Origin: Antedon mediterranea
Lineage: Eukaryota > Animalia > Echinodermata
NCBI RefSeq assembly: GCF_964355755.1
Contig: NC_092677.1
Span: forward strand, 13,724,101-13,788,100
DNA length: 64,000 nucleotides
Direction of reading: 5' to 3'
Below the pieces are notes generated by a model that saw only the letters and a list, made by a program, of their open reading frames with translations, was not told the DNA's origin and did not search any database. The translations under genes were made by a program, and so were the position numbers. Positions 11,011-23,137 of this stretch are shown here, one piece after another (positions within the stretch are counted from its first letter, which is position 1; every line of letters begins with the position of its first letter).

Positions 11011-13009
11011 ATGGCAGATCTTGATGGATGGAATACGAACCCGAACCCGGTGCGGGAGGAAAAGAACGATTCAAATATGGACACTGAGGGTTGCACATTT
11101 GACACAGAATACGTAAAATCTATACGTGGTATTCTGAAATTAAAAGAGATGGTAAGTGCTTTAAAGTTAAGGGTAGGCCTGTGTAATAAATATCGTCACC
11201 ATAAAACGTATTTGATACTCTCGACTATTAATGCTAGGCCTACTCTAAGCCTACATTTACATTGAATTAATCGGTCTATTCTTTTATACTATTTAAAGCA
11301 TTTGGGCCTAGTATTTCTCTGCGTAGAAGGATATAATTCATAGATTGAAAACCGTATAAATTCCACAGCATGTAAACCTATGATATGTACATATCATGAC
11401 GAATGAATACGGTGTCATTTAATCTACCAATTGTCAATTGACATTTACGTATAGCTTCTGTCCGACCCATCCTGGTCACCCCTCCTTCAACAACAAGACT
11501 ACAATCAGTATTAACGGGTTTATTTTTTCAATATTACAGGGATGGTCAATACTAATTTTTATTTTGGTTTGTGTCGGAGCTGCCACAGGTGTTAAAGGTG
11601 GATTTATGATTTTTGTATCAATCTCAGTGTTAATATGTACGTTAATAGTGTTTATGATGTTTCTAACACATCTACACGTGAAGCATAAACTGTTCAACAT
11701 GGATTGGTATTTAATGGTAAGATGTTCTTCCTGCTACAGACTATACTTGAAGAATGTTTACGTGCGACAGTTAGTGAAAATAACCAAGAGTTAGCATTCT
11801 CGAGTAATATTCCATTAAAATAAATTTGCACACGAGTGTCGTTAGCATACTTGAGACACGAGGAGAGAATTCTTGATCAGCATCACTTTAACTTAATAGT
11901 GGGTCTAGTAGTTTCCCCTTTAAATGAACCCCCTTTTTAATAAGAAGGGGTATAATTATAAAATAACAACACCCAGGTCCACATTTGCACCGTGTGCTTT
12001 CGATTCTTTTACAGTTTGCCTGTGAATCATGAGTTTCTCATGATTCTCCAGCATCCAAAATCCACATCTAAAGCTAGTTTTTACAAATGAATGAAGTTGT
12101 GGCTTGGTGGTTATGATGCTGGGCTACTCCAAGGGTCCTAGGTTCAGGTCCCGTCACATGTCAGAAGGATAAAATTACGACTCCACTCCCAAAGACTTGT
12201 AATAAGAATTTGTTTATGTAGAGCATCTTGTGTATGTTTGTCTTGTAAACCTATGAGGGTCCCTAATGATCAGCAATTGCTGGATCGATCACCCTCTCAT
12301 TAAATATGGTAAAAAAGAGACTTTATTTCTGTTTCTAGGATGTCTTACTGTCGATTAGTGCTACACTGCTATATTTCATTGCAAGTCTAACTGTTATTAT
12401 AAGCCCACTGAAACCAGTGATGATAGTCGCAGGGGTAAGTATTATGATAGCGCTAGTCAAAACCCGTTATGCGTGATTAATTAATAGAATGACGTGCATA
12501 GACGGCATAGAGAACGGTTGGTAGATGGGAGACTACCTTATGCTATTGTAACAAATGTAGTCTAAGACAACTAGATCAAATATTTTATATTACGGTATAT
12601 TTGGCTGCGACACGATCAGTACTTGGTACTGTTGTAACCGCAACTAGTATGACTTTTGTCGCAGCCAATCCTAAGATCAAAGGACGGTTACAAGTTCTCA
12701 TCTTGGCCAAAAAAAAAAAAAAACAAAAAAAAAACCAAAGCATAAACCGCGTCATATATTGTACAGTAGTAAGATAATACTTGAAGAATACAGAGTTGGA
12801 TCATTACAGGTACGAAGGAAATTGCAAATAATAATTGCACCAATAATTATAGGCAACTACAATTAAACTGTTGTTTAATACTGTTTTATCGTCAGGTATT
12901 TGGATTTATCGCTATGGTAGTGTATGGAGGTGGAACATACTTCGCATGGATAAAATGGCAGGACAGTAAAAAACGGACACGTGCACCGGACTACAATCCA
13001 GAGTATTGA
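11011..13009 (+). CDS. MARVEL-domain tetraspan membrane protein (CMTM/plasmolipin-like), 4 exons, 175 aa
   Basis: Exons 11011-11151, 11540-11716, 12339-12434 and 12896-13009, all phase-0 GT-AG. Motifs FDTEYVKSIRGILKLKEM, four hydrophobic helices, DWYLMDVL...LLYFIAS and IVAGVFGFIAMVVYG. Confidence 0.88.
12095..12320 (+). mobile_element. tRNA-derived SINE (same family at ~57495-57715)
   Basis: A-box-like TGGCTTGGTGG and B-box-like GGTTCAGGTCC. The body ATTACGACTCCACTCCCAAAGACTT...TAGAGCATCTTGT..ATGTTTGTCTTGT is shared with the 57.5-kb copy. Confidence 0.7.
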
Positions 13010-15493
13010 AGAATAAAACGTCATTATGAGTTCAAAATGACTGTCCAACAATACAATAGTACCGTATTTGGTGCATTTCAATATGCAAGCAATGGTAAAT
13101 TATTTTTCGACATAATGTATTTTGACGTATAGAAGAGGAAGATACAAATCGCTATATTCATCATACACTAATGTGGCGATCCAGAAAATGGTTAAATTCT
13201 GTAAAAAGTGTTAATAATAATAACATAATTAATTAATTAAATAACTGTATTTGTCGAAATGTAGCCCATATGTTACAAGTACAGACAAAGTCAATACAAA
13301 GCACGTGATATAGGTGACGTCATTTAAAAAGTCAGAAACAATCAATCATTCAATCATCTTGAACACAATTCTATTATCATCAACGAATTGTATAATAATT
13401 GTTTGATTGTAGAAACACACACACAATAATCTAAATCTTAGGATATGCCTATAACATTTTATATTATATAATACCTAAATAAATTCCTGTCATTTTGATT
13501 GGACGATTATTTGTACCATTACACTCATAAACAGTCATTATCTGTATACTATTCCATGGTTAAACTCAGAAACGTCTTTACATGTAATGTATATCTGAAA
13601 TGAATTTAATCAATCTATTATGCACGTGATGCAATGCTGTGATGCAATGCTACGATCTATAAAAAATACATCTTGACAATGACAAGTAAATTCTGTATCT
13701 ATTATTTTAAGAAATAAGGCCTAAACATTTTGTTATCAGTTTAAAAAGGTATAAATTTACCGTTTTTATAAATATGTAAATAATTGATATAGGTACGTAC
13801 AAACTAATTTATTTTTCAGACTGACCTTTTCTTCTAAATTAAAAATGTTTGCTTTTACTGACTTATTTTAAGTACATAGACTATCAAAATGCACTTACTG
13901 TTGTTCAAATGCTAAACCACAACATAATTCTTTTGATTCTCGCAAATAAATTCGTTAGTGGAAAACTTAAGTAAAAAAGAACATAACTTTCTATAAACAC
14001 TGTTTGTTGTCACTGTTGTATACAATAATAATATTTTAAACCAAAAAATAATTGCATAGCATATTACTGTTATTCTTTTCTATAATACATACATTTCTAA
14101 AAATTATTGTTTAATAATACAGTATAAGTTAAGTCATAAGCTTACCAAATTGTCAAATATTTAACACGCTTATTAAAAAATGTGGAAGACTATTCCATTG
14201 CACTAAGTATTATATTAACATGTTTGTAAATGTGTGTAAATAATAAAACAAGTTAGAAACATCACTTTAATAGAAAGGCTGAATGCTAAAGCTCTGTTTA
14301 CACTGTCAAACTTCATGTGACAACAAAAATGTGATGTGCCTATATATGGACAAGATGATGTAATATCACTACCATATTGGGCACATCACCCATTTTTTGG
14401 GGGCAAACTAGTTTGATAGTGCCAGACAAAGCGACAAGGTGCTTCGTTGATTGTTTGACTGTACTAAACATAAGCCAGGGTTAGTGCCTGGCGGAGGTGG
14501 TGTGCTGACCTCTAGGAGTGAGGCGATAGGGGTGCATTGACCTAAAGCATGCATCTATGATTCGGGGGTACCAGTCTTTACCTGATGACATCACCAATAA
14601 ATCAATCTTACCTAAACCCTATTTCAAAGTTACTACTACATTTCTATATCTACTTATACAGTATCTATATAAAATCATTAGTAGTTAATATTGCCACTAT
14701 TCTGATAATTTACATTAAATTATATTGCTAAAATTGTATTCAATCAACTATAATAGAAAACAAACAGTGCAGTAAAATTAAATTTATGCAAAAATAGATA
14801 TATCTGTTATTTAAAAGTAGATTTTTCATATGATAGAAAATAGACTGTTTTAAAATTGTTTTATATATATTTCACTTACAATAATTACTTTAAAGCAATG
14901 GTAAATAAATGCACAATTACCTTACCACAGCACCACACTCAAGTGAAAATAAAAATTTAAAAATCCACCACCAGGATTTGTTTAATCCCTTGCAGAATCA
15001 AACTATGTTAAATATTATTCATATTAATTCAACAATGATATTAAATTAAATATTGGCCATAACTAATATTGTTTTTGTTTTGGAAAATATACAGTTATGA
15101 GCAAGTGATAGGCATAGGCATGAACAGATATGATCCAAGGTATATAAGGTCATCACATACATTTGGGAGAGATGGTAACCCTGGATGAGTGTTAATGTTA
15201 ATATTATTTATTTAATTGTTACATTATATATTATTTGGACCAAAGGTCATAAATAATAAATATTTTTTGGATCATTCCAAGAAATAAAGTAATATAGTAG
15301 TGATATGACATCAAAATTTCCATATATGGGCACATCACACTTTTTGTTACATAAAGTTTGATACAACCAACATTGGTCTGTCCATGGTGGAATTAGTGTA
15401 TATCTCTGGTTTGTCTAATGTAACAAAATACTTAAAGGAGTATACAAATAAATGTGATTCTGTAAGGTGCGGTAATTTCATAGTATAGCACAG

Positions 15494-16960
15494 TTAAGGG
15501 CCATTGATGAGGGAGTTTGTAGCATCACGTCCAATCAGAGTCCTTCCTTCTTCTTCAAACTCCTCAGCAGTCTTCAATATTGTATCAGACAACTCTGGTC
15601 TCAGAACTTGTATCTGGTTTATTGTTTCCACATCCAAAGCACAGAAACAATGCAGTACCTTTATGATAAAACAAATGACATAAAATGTGAAAGAACTGTT
15701 TTGACACTTTTGTCTCTCTCAAATATTTTGTTATAAAAACCTTGAATACACATTTAGTAAAACATAAAAATACGTCTAGTCTAGGTTCTAGACCGAAAAG
15801 ATAAATATTTTGGCACATATGGCGTTTCATACGTATAATACTTAAGTTCACAATATTATTCCAGACAAAAATCAAAACGCCGACTGGTGGACTAACATAA
15901 AAAAAGACAATAGGCAAATTTAAAACATGTCTTGTAATACCTTTAAATTTAATGACATAGAGACAAGTCTCAATAGCTCCCTTTTTAAGTCTGCAGTTCC
16001 TTTGGTGGTGATGACAAGTTTCTCCAGTGATTCATGGAAGTAGTCTGCAACCAACTGGACTTCCTCATGAAGCTCTGTCATTGTTGTCATCGACAGTTGA
16101 GTTAAAGGAATTGGAGGACAGAGAATTCTTCTAATGCGATGTTTTTCAATCGTGTGATCAAAATCAATATTAACCACAAGATCTGGAGATGACCGCACAA
16201 GAGATTCCCAGGCACTTTCTGGAATCTCCACATGGTATTTGTTTTCACGCCTGCAACCTATTGAGAGGTATTTCAGAGGTCTTCGATCTAGTTGCACAAG
16301 AGCTTCAAAGACTTCTTTTGACAAGCTTTTGTAGAAACAACTGAGTCTTTGCAATTGGCGGCATTTTGTCACAAAGTTCAGCATACAATTAGAATGGATC
16401 AAACAGGTAAGCGACTGGTTTTGTATGTTAAGAGTATGAATTGTCTGGTGATTGTCTGCTAACAGATTCAAAAGTATGCCTTCTAAAGTAACAGACAGAT
16501 GATTAAGATGAACCGATTTAAGCGTGTAAACTACTCGATTTTTTGGATCAGCCGGGCCAAATAACTCGGCAAGACTACAAAGAAACTCTTCTCCGCGGAA
16601 GAACAATGGATTTTCTTTGGTGAATTCAATGGCAAGGGTTTCAAGTCTTCTTTCGTTTATTTGTGCCAAGTGGCTCAAAACTTGAGAGGATCGTGAACAG
16701 TTTTCTTTACTTGTCTGATCACATAATATCTCAACCTGCCTAAGATGTCGGGCATACTTATTTAAGAAATTCAGTTGGACGGAGTCTGTTGACTGTGTGA
16801 ATGAGAATGTAAATGAATGCCAGAGGTATGGAGAGTCAAATGAATCATGCCAATTTTTACAGACAACTGCAGCATTTAAGCGATCACCAATTGGAAGGTG
16901 AGAGAAAATATTAACAAGAATATGTTCCGGAAGAGATGACCAGATAAAAACAGAATTCAT
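15494..16960 (-). CDS. FBXL8: F-box/LRR-repeat protein, FBXL8-like, 2 coding exons, 394 aa
   Basis: N-terminal F-box WSSLPEHILVNIFSHLPIGDRLNAAVVCKNW...LW, then degenerate LRRs with ENPLFFRG. Exons 16960-15941 and 15658-15494 (VLHCFCALD...NGP*). A splice acceptor just before the ATG implies a 5' UTR exon whose donor is at ~17504. The orthology call is from recall. Confidence 0.75.
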
Positions 16961-19900
16961 GCTGAAAAAAAAAACATATTAAAAAACTATTATTCAAATA
17001 CTAACCTAAATGATTTTACAGCAGTCCATGTGTTGTGTAACTAAGTCCAGACTTTAATTCTGCTTTAATAAATATGTGCATCAATAGTTACCTAACTAAA
17101 CTGTAATGACATTTGACAGCCTAATGAATGACTAGCCTAGGCTATATTATTATTATATACAGATAATGAGTATTTATGCCGCCGCCCAGAAGGTTAGACT
17201 AGGCTAAGGCCTAGTAGTAGCTGGGAAGGAGGTATAGCTTTGGTGGCCTTCATAGCACTCGTAACTAGCCTACTAGTCTACAGTACTAGTACTACTATAC
17301 TAATATTATCTACAACTAACGGGCCACGGGGAACAACAACTAACCTACTACTACTACTAGCCTAGAGGTCTAGCCTAGCTAGGTAGTAGGCCTAGCCCAT
17401 AATATTATGTCAGTTGGAAAAGTAAACTGTTTCATATTACTGTATTTGATAAATCATAAAAATACATATTTTTTTATAGACATCTAGCCTAGGCCTAACC
17501 GTACCTGTCAGTAACTTAACCTAAAAAAACCAGCAAAATTCATCACGGAACCTGACACAGTGTGACAACAAAGGGCTATTTTTAATTTTACACACATTCC
17601 TCAAGAGTGTATGGAACGCCATATTGGCCTTTTGGCAGATTGCCTGCTAATTTCAATTGCTATCTTTTAAGTGATATCTTACTTTAGTGACTACTTTTTA
17701 ACTTGCATCCCAGGAAAGCATTCTAATTAGGTTCTCATGGGTATAGAGGAAGTAACCATCGGCAAATCATTGATGAAAGTTTAGAAAAGGATAGGCCCGA
17801 GAACACTAAAAAAGCGACCATTTACAGTAACCTTTTGTAATCACAATTTACAAAGATAAAGTGTATATTAAAGGTAACATGTATAGGCTGCAATTAGGGT
17901 AGTTATTTACTTACTACTATTTTATAATAATTTCATCAAATAGAGGACAGGACAATTTTAAAATCTTTCAGTTTTTGCAATAGAGATTTCGTATTTCCTT
18001 ACATTCCTAAGTTGCATTGATGAAACATTTTTTGATTTTGGTGCCAGTGATTAAAACTTTCATTTTTGCTTTTTTTTGTGCAAAATATATGCACAGGTTA
18101 GTCCTACGTTGGATCTCTAAATGTAATTCTTCAAGTGCCTGTCATAGTTTTTGGCATTAATATACCTACAACATTTTTGCACCCTTTTAAGCGAAACATC
18201 CTGTTTTACATATTATAGTGTCTGTAGTAGTAGGTAGTGTCTGTTTGTAGAGAGATAAGGTGATCCACCTTTAAATATGTATTAAGTCATAAACAATATT
18301 GCAAAAATAAAATATCACTGTACAATACATATATTAATAAGCAGCTTCAGTATTTAATGCTTTTCAACAAAAATACAAAATAAATATACAGTTTAATAAG
18401 TATACACAACTTTATGTGGGTTATTATATGCTGGGAAATTATAAATATATTTGTCCAAAAGCATATTTCACACCACACAGTACATGTATATCTGAAAGAG
18501 GATGCAACAAATGTACGCAAAAGACAAAATAACCAGTCACACAAAAAAACAAATTGTTTTCTTTTTATAACTTTACATAAAAATGTAAACAAAAAAAATA
18601 CTTATATAAGCAATTTTTTCTGCATATAATTGTGTTTTTTTTTTCAATTTTTCATTTCATTAATCCATTACAAAAGCAATTAACAACTAATTACAATAAA
18701 ATAATTGTTATTATTGATCATATAATGGAACAGTCCAATCTAATTGGATTTCTAAATTTTAACACGTAACTTCACGTTCACGGTTAAAACATTAATGCAC
18801 TAGAAACTATTACTTGTATTACTACTATAATAATACAATTATTTAATAATTATGTATTTTTAAAAGTACTATTACTAAATGAATTACCATTTAACTACTG
18901 TTACCTATAGTTATCATTATATTTTGTTATAAGTTTAAATCTTATCATCAATATTGTATCATTATTGTTACAACAATTGAATACAATTTAAAATGTTAAA
19001 ATACTAATACAATATATATATACACTGTACAATAATTATAACCATATAACATTATAATTAAATACAAATTTCAGTGTATTAATTAATTATGTTTGTTTGT
19101 TTATTAATTCTTTTCCACACACATCAATATAGATTTTATTAAATATTTAGATTTAAAAAAAGTATGATGAGTGTGGAAGATGACCAAATAAGTTGAAAAC
19201 TTTAGGATATGGTCACCTTCGTTAATAAGCTCATTTAATGTTTACAAAAATGTATAACATATTGTATATTTTAAATTACTGGTTACGGTTAAATGTGGGA
19301 AAATGATAATAGTTGTTTTGTTCGAAAGCACTTTCAGTGTCACATCAACCAGTAGGCCTAGTACATGGAAACATGTGATGTGACAGTACAGTATACAGAT
19401 TGAAGACAAGATAACCAATATCACCAAAATTTTCTATGTTAATTTTCTTTTTTACATTAAAAAAATGTAAAAAAAACAAAACAACTTTGTCTTTTAAACT
19501 AAATTATAAACAAAAACACAATTGTTCCTGCCAATAAAATTCTATTTTTCAATGTCAACTCTGTCATAATAGAATTCCAAAGCATTCAAGTAACAAGGCT
19601 ATATACATGGCTGCAGTCGCATATGCAAATTTGAGTTACCGACTGACCAACCAACCGACAGAGTTGCGTTGCACGTGACTAAAAACATTATTGTCCCCCC
19701 AGTATATTAAAAACAATTAATACTGCTAAACAAAATTATTATTTACGGTAATAAATAAATTAAATTAAAAAAATAAATAAAATGTAATCGCTATTAGAAC
19801 TTATTATTATTGTTACCACAATTGAGGATGTTTAATATTCTGGTAACTAAAGAAAAATTTTAATAATATCAAGTTTATTCAGTTTACCTGGAAAAGATGT

Positions 19901-19968
19901 TTTTTGTATGACTGTAACTGTATTTCTGTAAGCTCAATCATTTGTGCTAAGCTTGGTTTAAACATTAA

Positions 19969-22110
19969 TTAATAATCAAATATTTTTACTGTTTTGTCTT
20001 CATAATTTGCCACTGCCAGTCTACGTGGATGGTGTGATATGATGGATAATCCAAAAGGACGGATAAGTCCATCTTTTTCTTGATCAATCCTTTTAAGGAA
20101 CTTTCCATTATTATTAAAGAGCTGTAGTTTGTTCTCACTTGATATTATGATGTTGTCATTATCATCAACTACTACTCCTCTTGGATATCGTACCTTACCC
20201 TCTATTGCACCTTCATTTACAAGGATTTTAATAAAATTTCCCTCATTATCAAATAATTTTAAGCAGCTTTGACTACAGTACATTACAAGAATATTCTTTT
20301 CTCTTGTAAGCGCGACATCTTGGCAATCACCAGTATTGGGTGCTATTTCCTTAATGAGCTTTCCACTTTCAATGTTAAACATGGCTACATTCTTACCATT
20401 AGCTACATACATGACACCTGATTCTTCATCCACATGAATACCACGTGGAGATGTCAACACTCCCTTACCAATTAATTTAACCACCTCACCATTCATAGTG
20501 CATATTGTGATGCATGCATTACTGTTATTACTAAATACTATATTACCATTGTTCATTTTGATCAATATGTAATATGCTTGCACACCTTTTGATAGTGTAA
20601 CCATATCTATGTATTCACCTAATTGCTTGTATTTGTACATGACATTGTCTAGACATGAAACAAGCAAGCAATCATCTCCATAAGTTACTACATCAACTAC
20701 ATTTCTATCTATTTTTATAGTTCTTAATAATCCTTCTTTCTCCACTTTGATAGTCATTGGTGACTTCTTAATGTGTTCACCATCAACTCCAACATCAACT
20801 TTGCAAATCCCTGCACTTGTGCACCTTCCTTCTACAGTATAGTCACCATTGTCATCTTCTTTTACTTGAATGATGGTTGTCTCTCCTGTTGCTTGTGTCA
20901 ATGTAGCTTTTAAATCGTTTGCATGTATTTTACATACATCAGTTTTAATTATTTTAACATTGATTGTTTCACCTGTTGTCATATTCTCACATCCTTTTAA
21001 TGCTAAACATTCCGCCCTTGATTGTATAACAATTCCAATATCTTCATGCAGTGAGGCAATTTGCTGATTGTTTTTTAGAAAGTAAATCTCAGCATTACCA
21101 TCAAATTTTGTTTCAGAAGCTTCCTTGATCTTTTCATCCAGTGCTCTAATGACATCATTACCAGATAACATTGCAGTTGCTTCGTTGCCCTTCTCTAGGT
21201 GATGAAGCAAATTGATGTTTGTATTTATATACGATATTGATGATGTCACATCCTCTATGTTAGCATCAGTTGCCTTCCTCTTGATTTTGTACAGTGCCTC
21301 CACCTCACCTTTTAATTTGTCTCCACTGTCTCTTATTCTTGTTACCAATTCTTCAACATGATTTTCAATTCCTCTCAAACTTGTTTCCCTCTTTTCATCC
21401 AGTTTCTTTACACGATCAGTCATTACTTTAAGATTATCATTCAATTTTCCTGTACATTGTGTAGCAACTTTTTTCAAATCCGAGGATGTTTGTTTCAACG
21501 TTTTAAATGCATCGGATATGCTGATGGTCATGTGCTTGTCTTTTCCTTCCCATTCCTTGTGATCCATGATTGAACAGTGTATACAGATGGCAACATTGCA
21601 TATTTTGCAAAACACTGTTAAAGGCTCATTGTGGACGGAACACATAGGTGGGTGCATGGCATTGATTTCACTGACACTCATGGATCGAACATCTTCCACC
21701 GAATGCAACTTGTGATTTTTGCAAGATGGTATGTTCTTATGGGCATCATTACAAATGTGGCACAAATATCGTCTGCATTCTTGACAGTAGGTTTTAGACT
21801 GACCTTCCTTTCCACAAATGCATTTTGTCTCATCTGTATTTGTAAATTGTTCAATTGTTTCTAACAAATTATTCAGAAACGTGTTGGGTGGTAATTTCTT
21901 TAGACCGCCCTCTGGAATCTGATAAGATTTCGAGCAAGTTGGACAGGTTACTTTGTTAGTTTTCTTCAACCAGTTTTCAAGACAACTCAAGCAGAAGCTG
22001 TGAAGACAGGCTAAAGTTCTGGGTTCATGGAGTCGATTAAAGCATATTTGGCACTCTAAAACCTTTTCATCAACATCTTCTAGAAATTTAGCCAACTCAC
22101 TGGTAGCCAT
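19969..22110 (-). CDS. TRIM-NHL E3 ubiquitin ligase (RING, 2 B-boxes, coiled coil, filamin/Ig, NHL repeats; TRIM2/3/71-like), single coding exon, 713 aa
   Basis: RING CQIC...CLHSFCLSC...CPTC; B-boxes CQEC..LC..C..AH and CSVH...FCKIC...IC..C; filamin DDNGDYTV...HIKKSP; NHL repeats PRGIHVD, PRGVVVD, PFGL. The ATG at 22110 directly follows a TTGCAG acceptor. Confidence 0.92.
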   Translation of the reverse strand: MATSELAKFLEDVDEKVLECQICFNRLHEPRTLACLHSFCLSCLENWLKKTNKVTCPTCSKSYQIPEGGLKKLPPNTFLNNLLETIEQFTNTDETKCICGKEGQSKTYCQECRRYLCHICNDAHKNIPSCKNHKLHSVEDVRSMSVSEINAMHPPMCSVHNEPLTVFCKICNVAICIHCSIMDHKEWEGKDKHMTISISDAFKTLKQTSSDLKKVATQCTGKLNDNLKVMTDRVKKLDEKRETSLRGIENHVEELVTRIRDSGDKLKGEVEALYKIKRKATDANIEDVTSSISYINTNINLLHHLEKGNEATAMLSGNDVIRALDEKIKEASETKFDGNAEIYFLKNNQQIASLHEDIGIVIQSRAECLALKGCENMTTGETINVKIIKTDVCKIHANDLKATLTQATGETTIIQVKEDDNGDYTVEGRCTSAGICKVDVGVDGEHIKKSPMTIKVEKEGLLRTIKIDRNVVDVVTYGDDCLLVSCLDNVMYKYKQLGEYIDMVTLSKGVQAYYILIKMNNGNIVFSNNSNACITICTMNGEVVKLIGKGVLTSPRGIHVDEESGVMYVANGKNVAMFNIESGKLIKEIAPNTGDCQDVALTREKNILVMYCSQSCLKLFDNEGNFIKILVNEGAIEGKVRYPRGVVVDDNDNIIISSENKLQLFNNNGKFLKRIDQEKDGLIRPFGLSIISHHPRRLAVANYEDKTVKIFDY

Positions 22111-22888
22111 CTGCAAATAATTTAAAATGTTACCTTCAATAAAAAAACAATATTATAATTGTTCATAATTCATTTTTTTATTGAGCAGTTCAGCATGAAT
22201 GAAAAATCAATCAATTTTGCATTTATTCTAATATAATTATTCGACTGTGTTGTGACGTAATAATAATTCTGTATTCTCTAGTCGCACAAGTAAAAGTATG
22301 ATTTTTTGGGGTCGTCATAGCTAGCAATACCATGCTGGCAGAAGTTAACCTATCCATCTGTCAGAGTTGTGCATGATTTGAATGATATGCGCAGTGATTT
22401 CATTGTTCAATTTGTTCAACATCCCATACAATTTGAAACAGCACTGTGGAAAGTGACACTGACAATAATGTATGCTTTCATATTTTTATGACAAAACATG
22501 TTTGTGCATAAAAAAAAATTACAAGCATCACAATTAGTACTACTAGTATGTACTCTCTCTCACTCCGACGAATACAAATACGCCTAGGCCTATACCTACC
22601 CTTGCCTAGAGTAGAGGCTAGGCCTAGCCTAGCTAGTAGGCCCTAGTAGTAGTAGGCTAGCCTCTAGGCCTACCTACTACTACTACTAGAGGTCTAGGCC
22701 TAGCTAGGCCCTGGGTGGGCGGCCTCTAGCTAGGCTAGCCTATTAAGGCCTACCTAGAGTAGAAGCTAGTATAGGCCTAACTAACTATCTGCGCCTACCT
22801 AGGTATAGCCTAAAAATTAAAATTAAACCTAAAAAGTTGGCAGTTTTCTAGGTTCTCGCCAACAGTAAATTATAGCGAAATCTCTTAC

Positions 22889-23137
22889 ATTTATTTCAAA
22901 AAGTTAACAAATTTGGGATCGATCCCAAATTTGCTTTGGTTTACTTCAGTTTGAAGATTGTTCCGTTCCGTTGGTGGTTTTTACGTCTGGTTTTTCCCGT
23001 AATTGTATTTTTTGTTCTTTATTAGAATAGCGCCCTCAACAAAAGATTGATTTTACGCATGATTGAATCGAATAGATTAACCTAGGGTTAAAGGTTATAT
23101 TTTCTGATCGCGATTTGTCATCAAAAACACGATCATC
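22889..23137. promoter_or_regulatory. Probable bidirectional promoter between the TRIM gene (-) and RELCH (+)
   Basis: A minus-strand donor GTAAGA at 22888 marks a likely TRIM 5' UTR exon only ~250 bp from the RELCH ATG. The region has raised CpG content and a CTCF-like TAGCGCCCTC at ~23028. Confidence 0.5.

Noticed and set aside
15585-15917. 110-aa ORF as a separate gene
   Set aside because: It lies mostly in the FBXL8-like intron and overlaps the true last exon in another frame.
17740-17830. Crypton-like fragment (ENTKKAT motif)
   Set aside because: Too short, and no tyrosine-recombinase motifs follow, so it cannot be supported.
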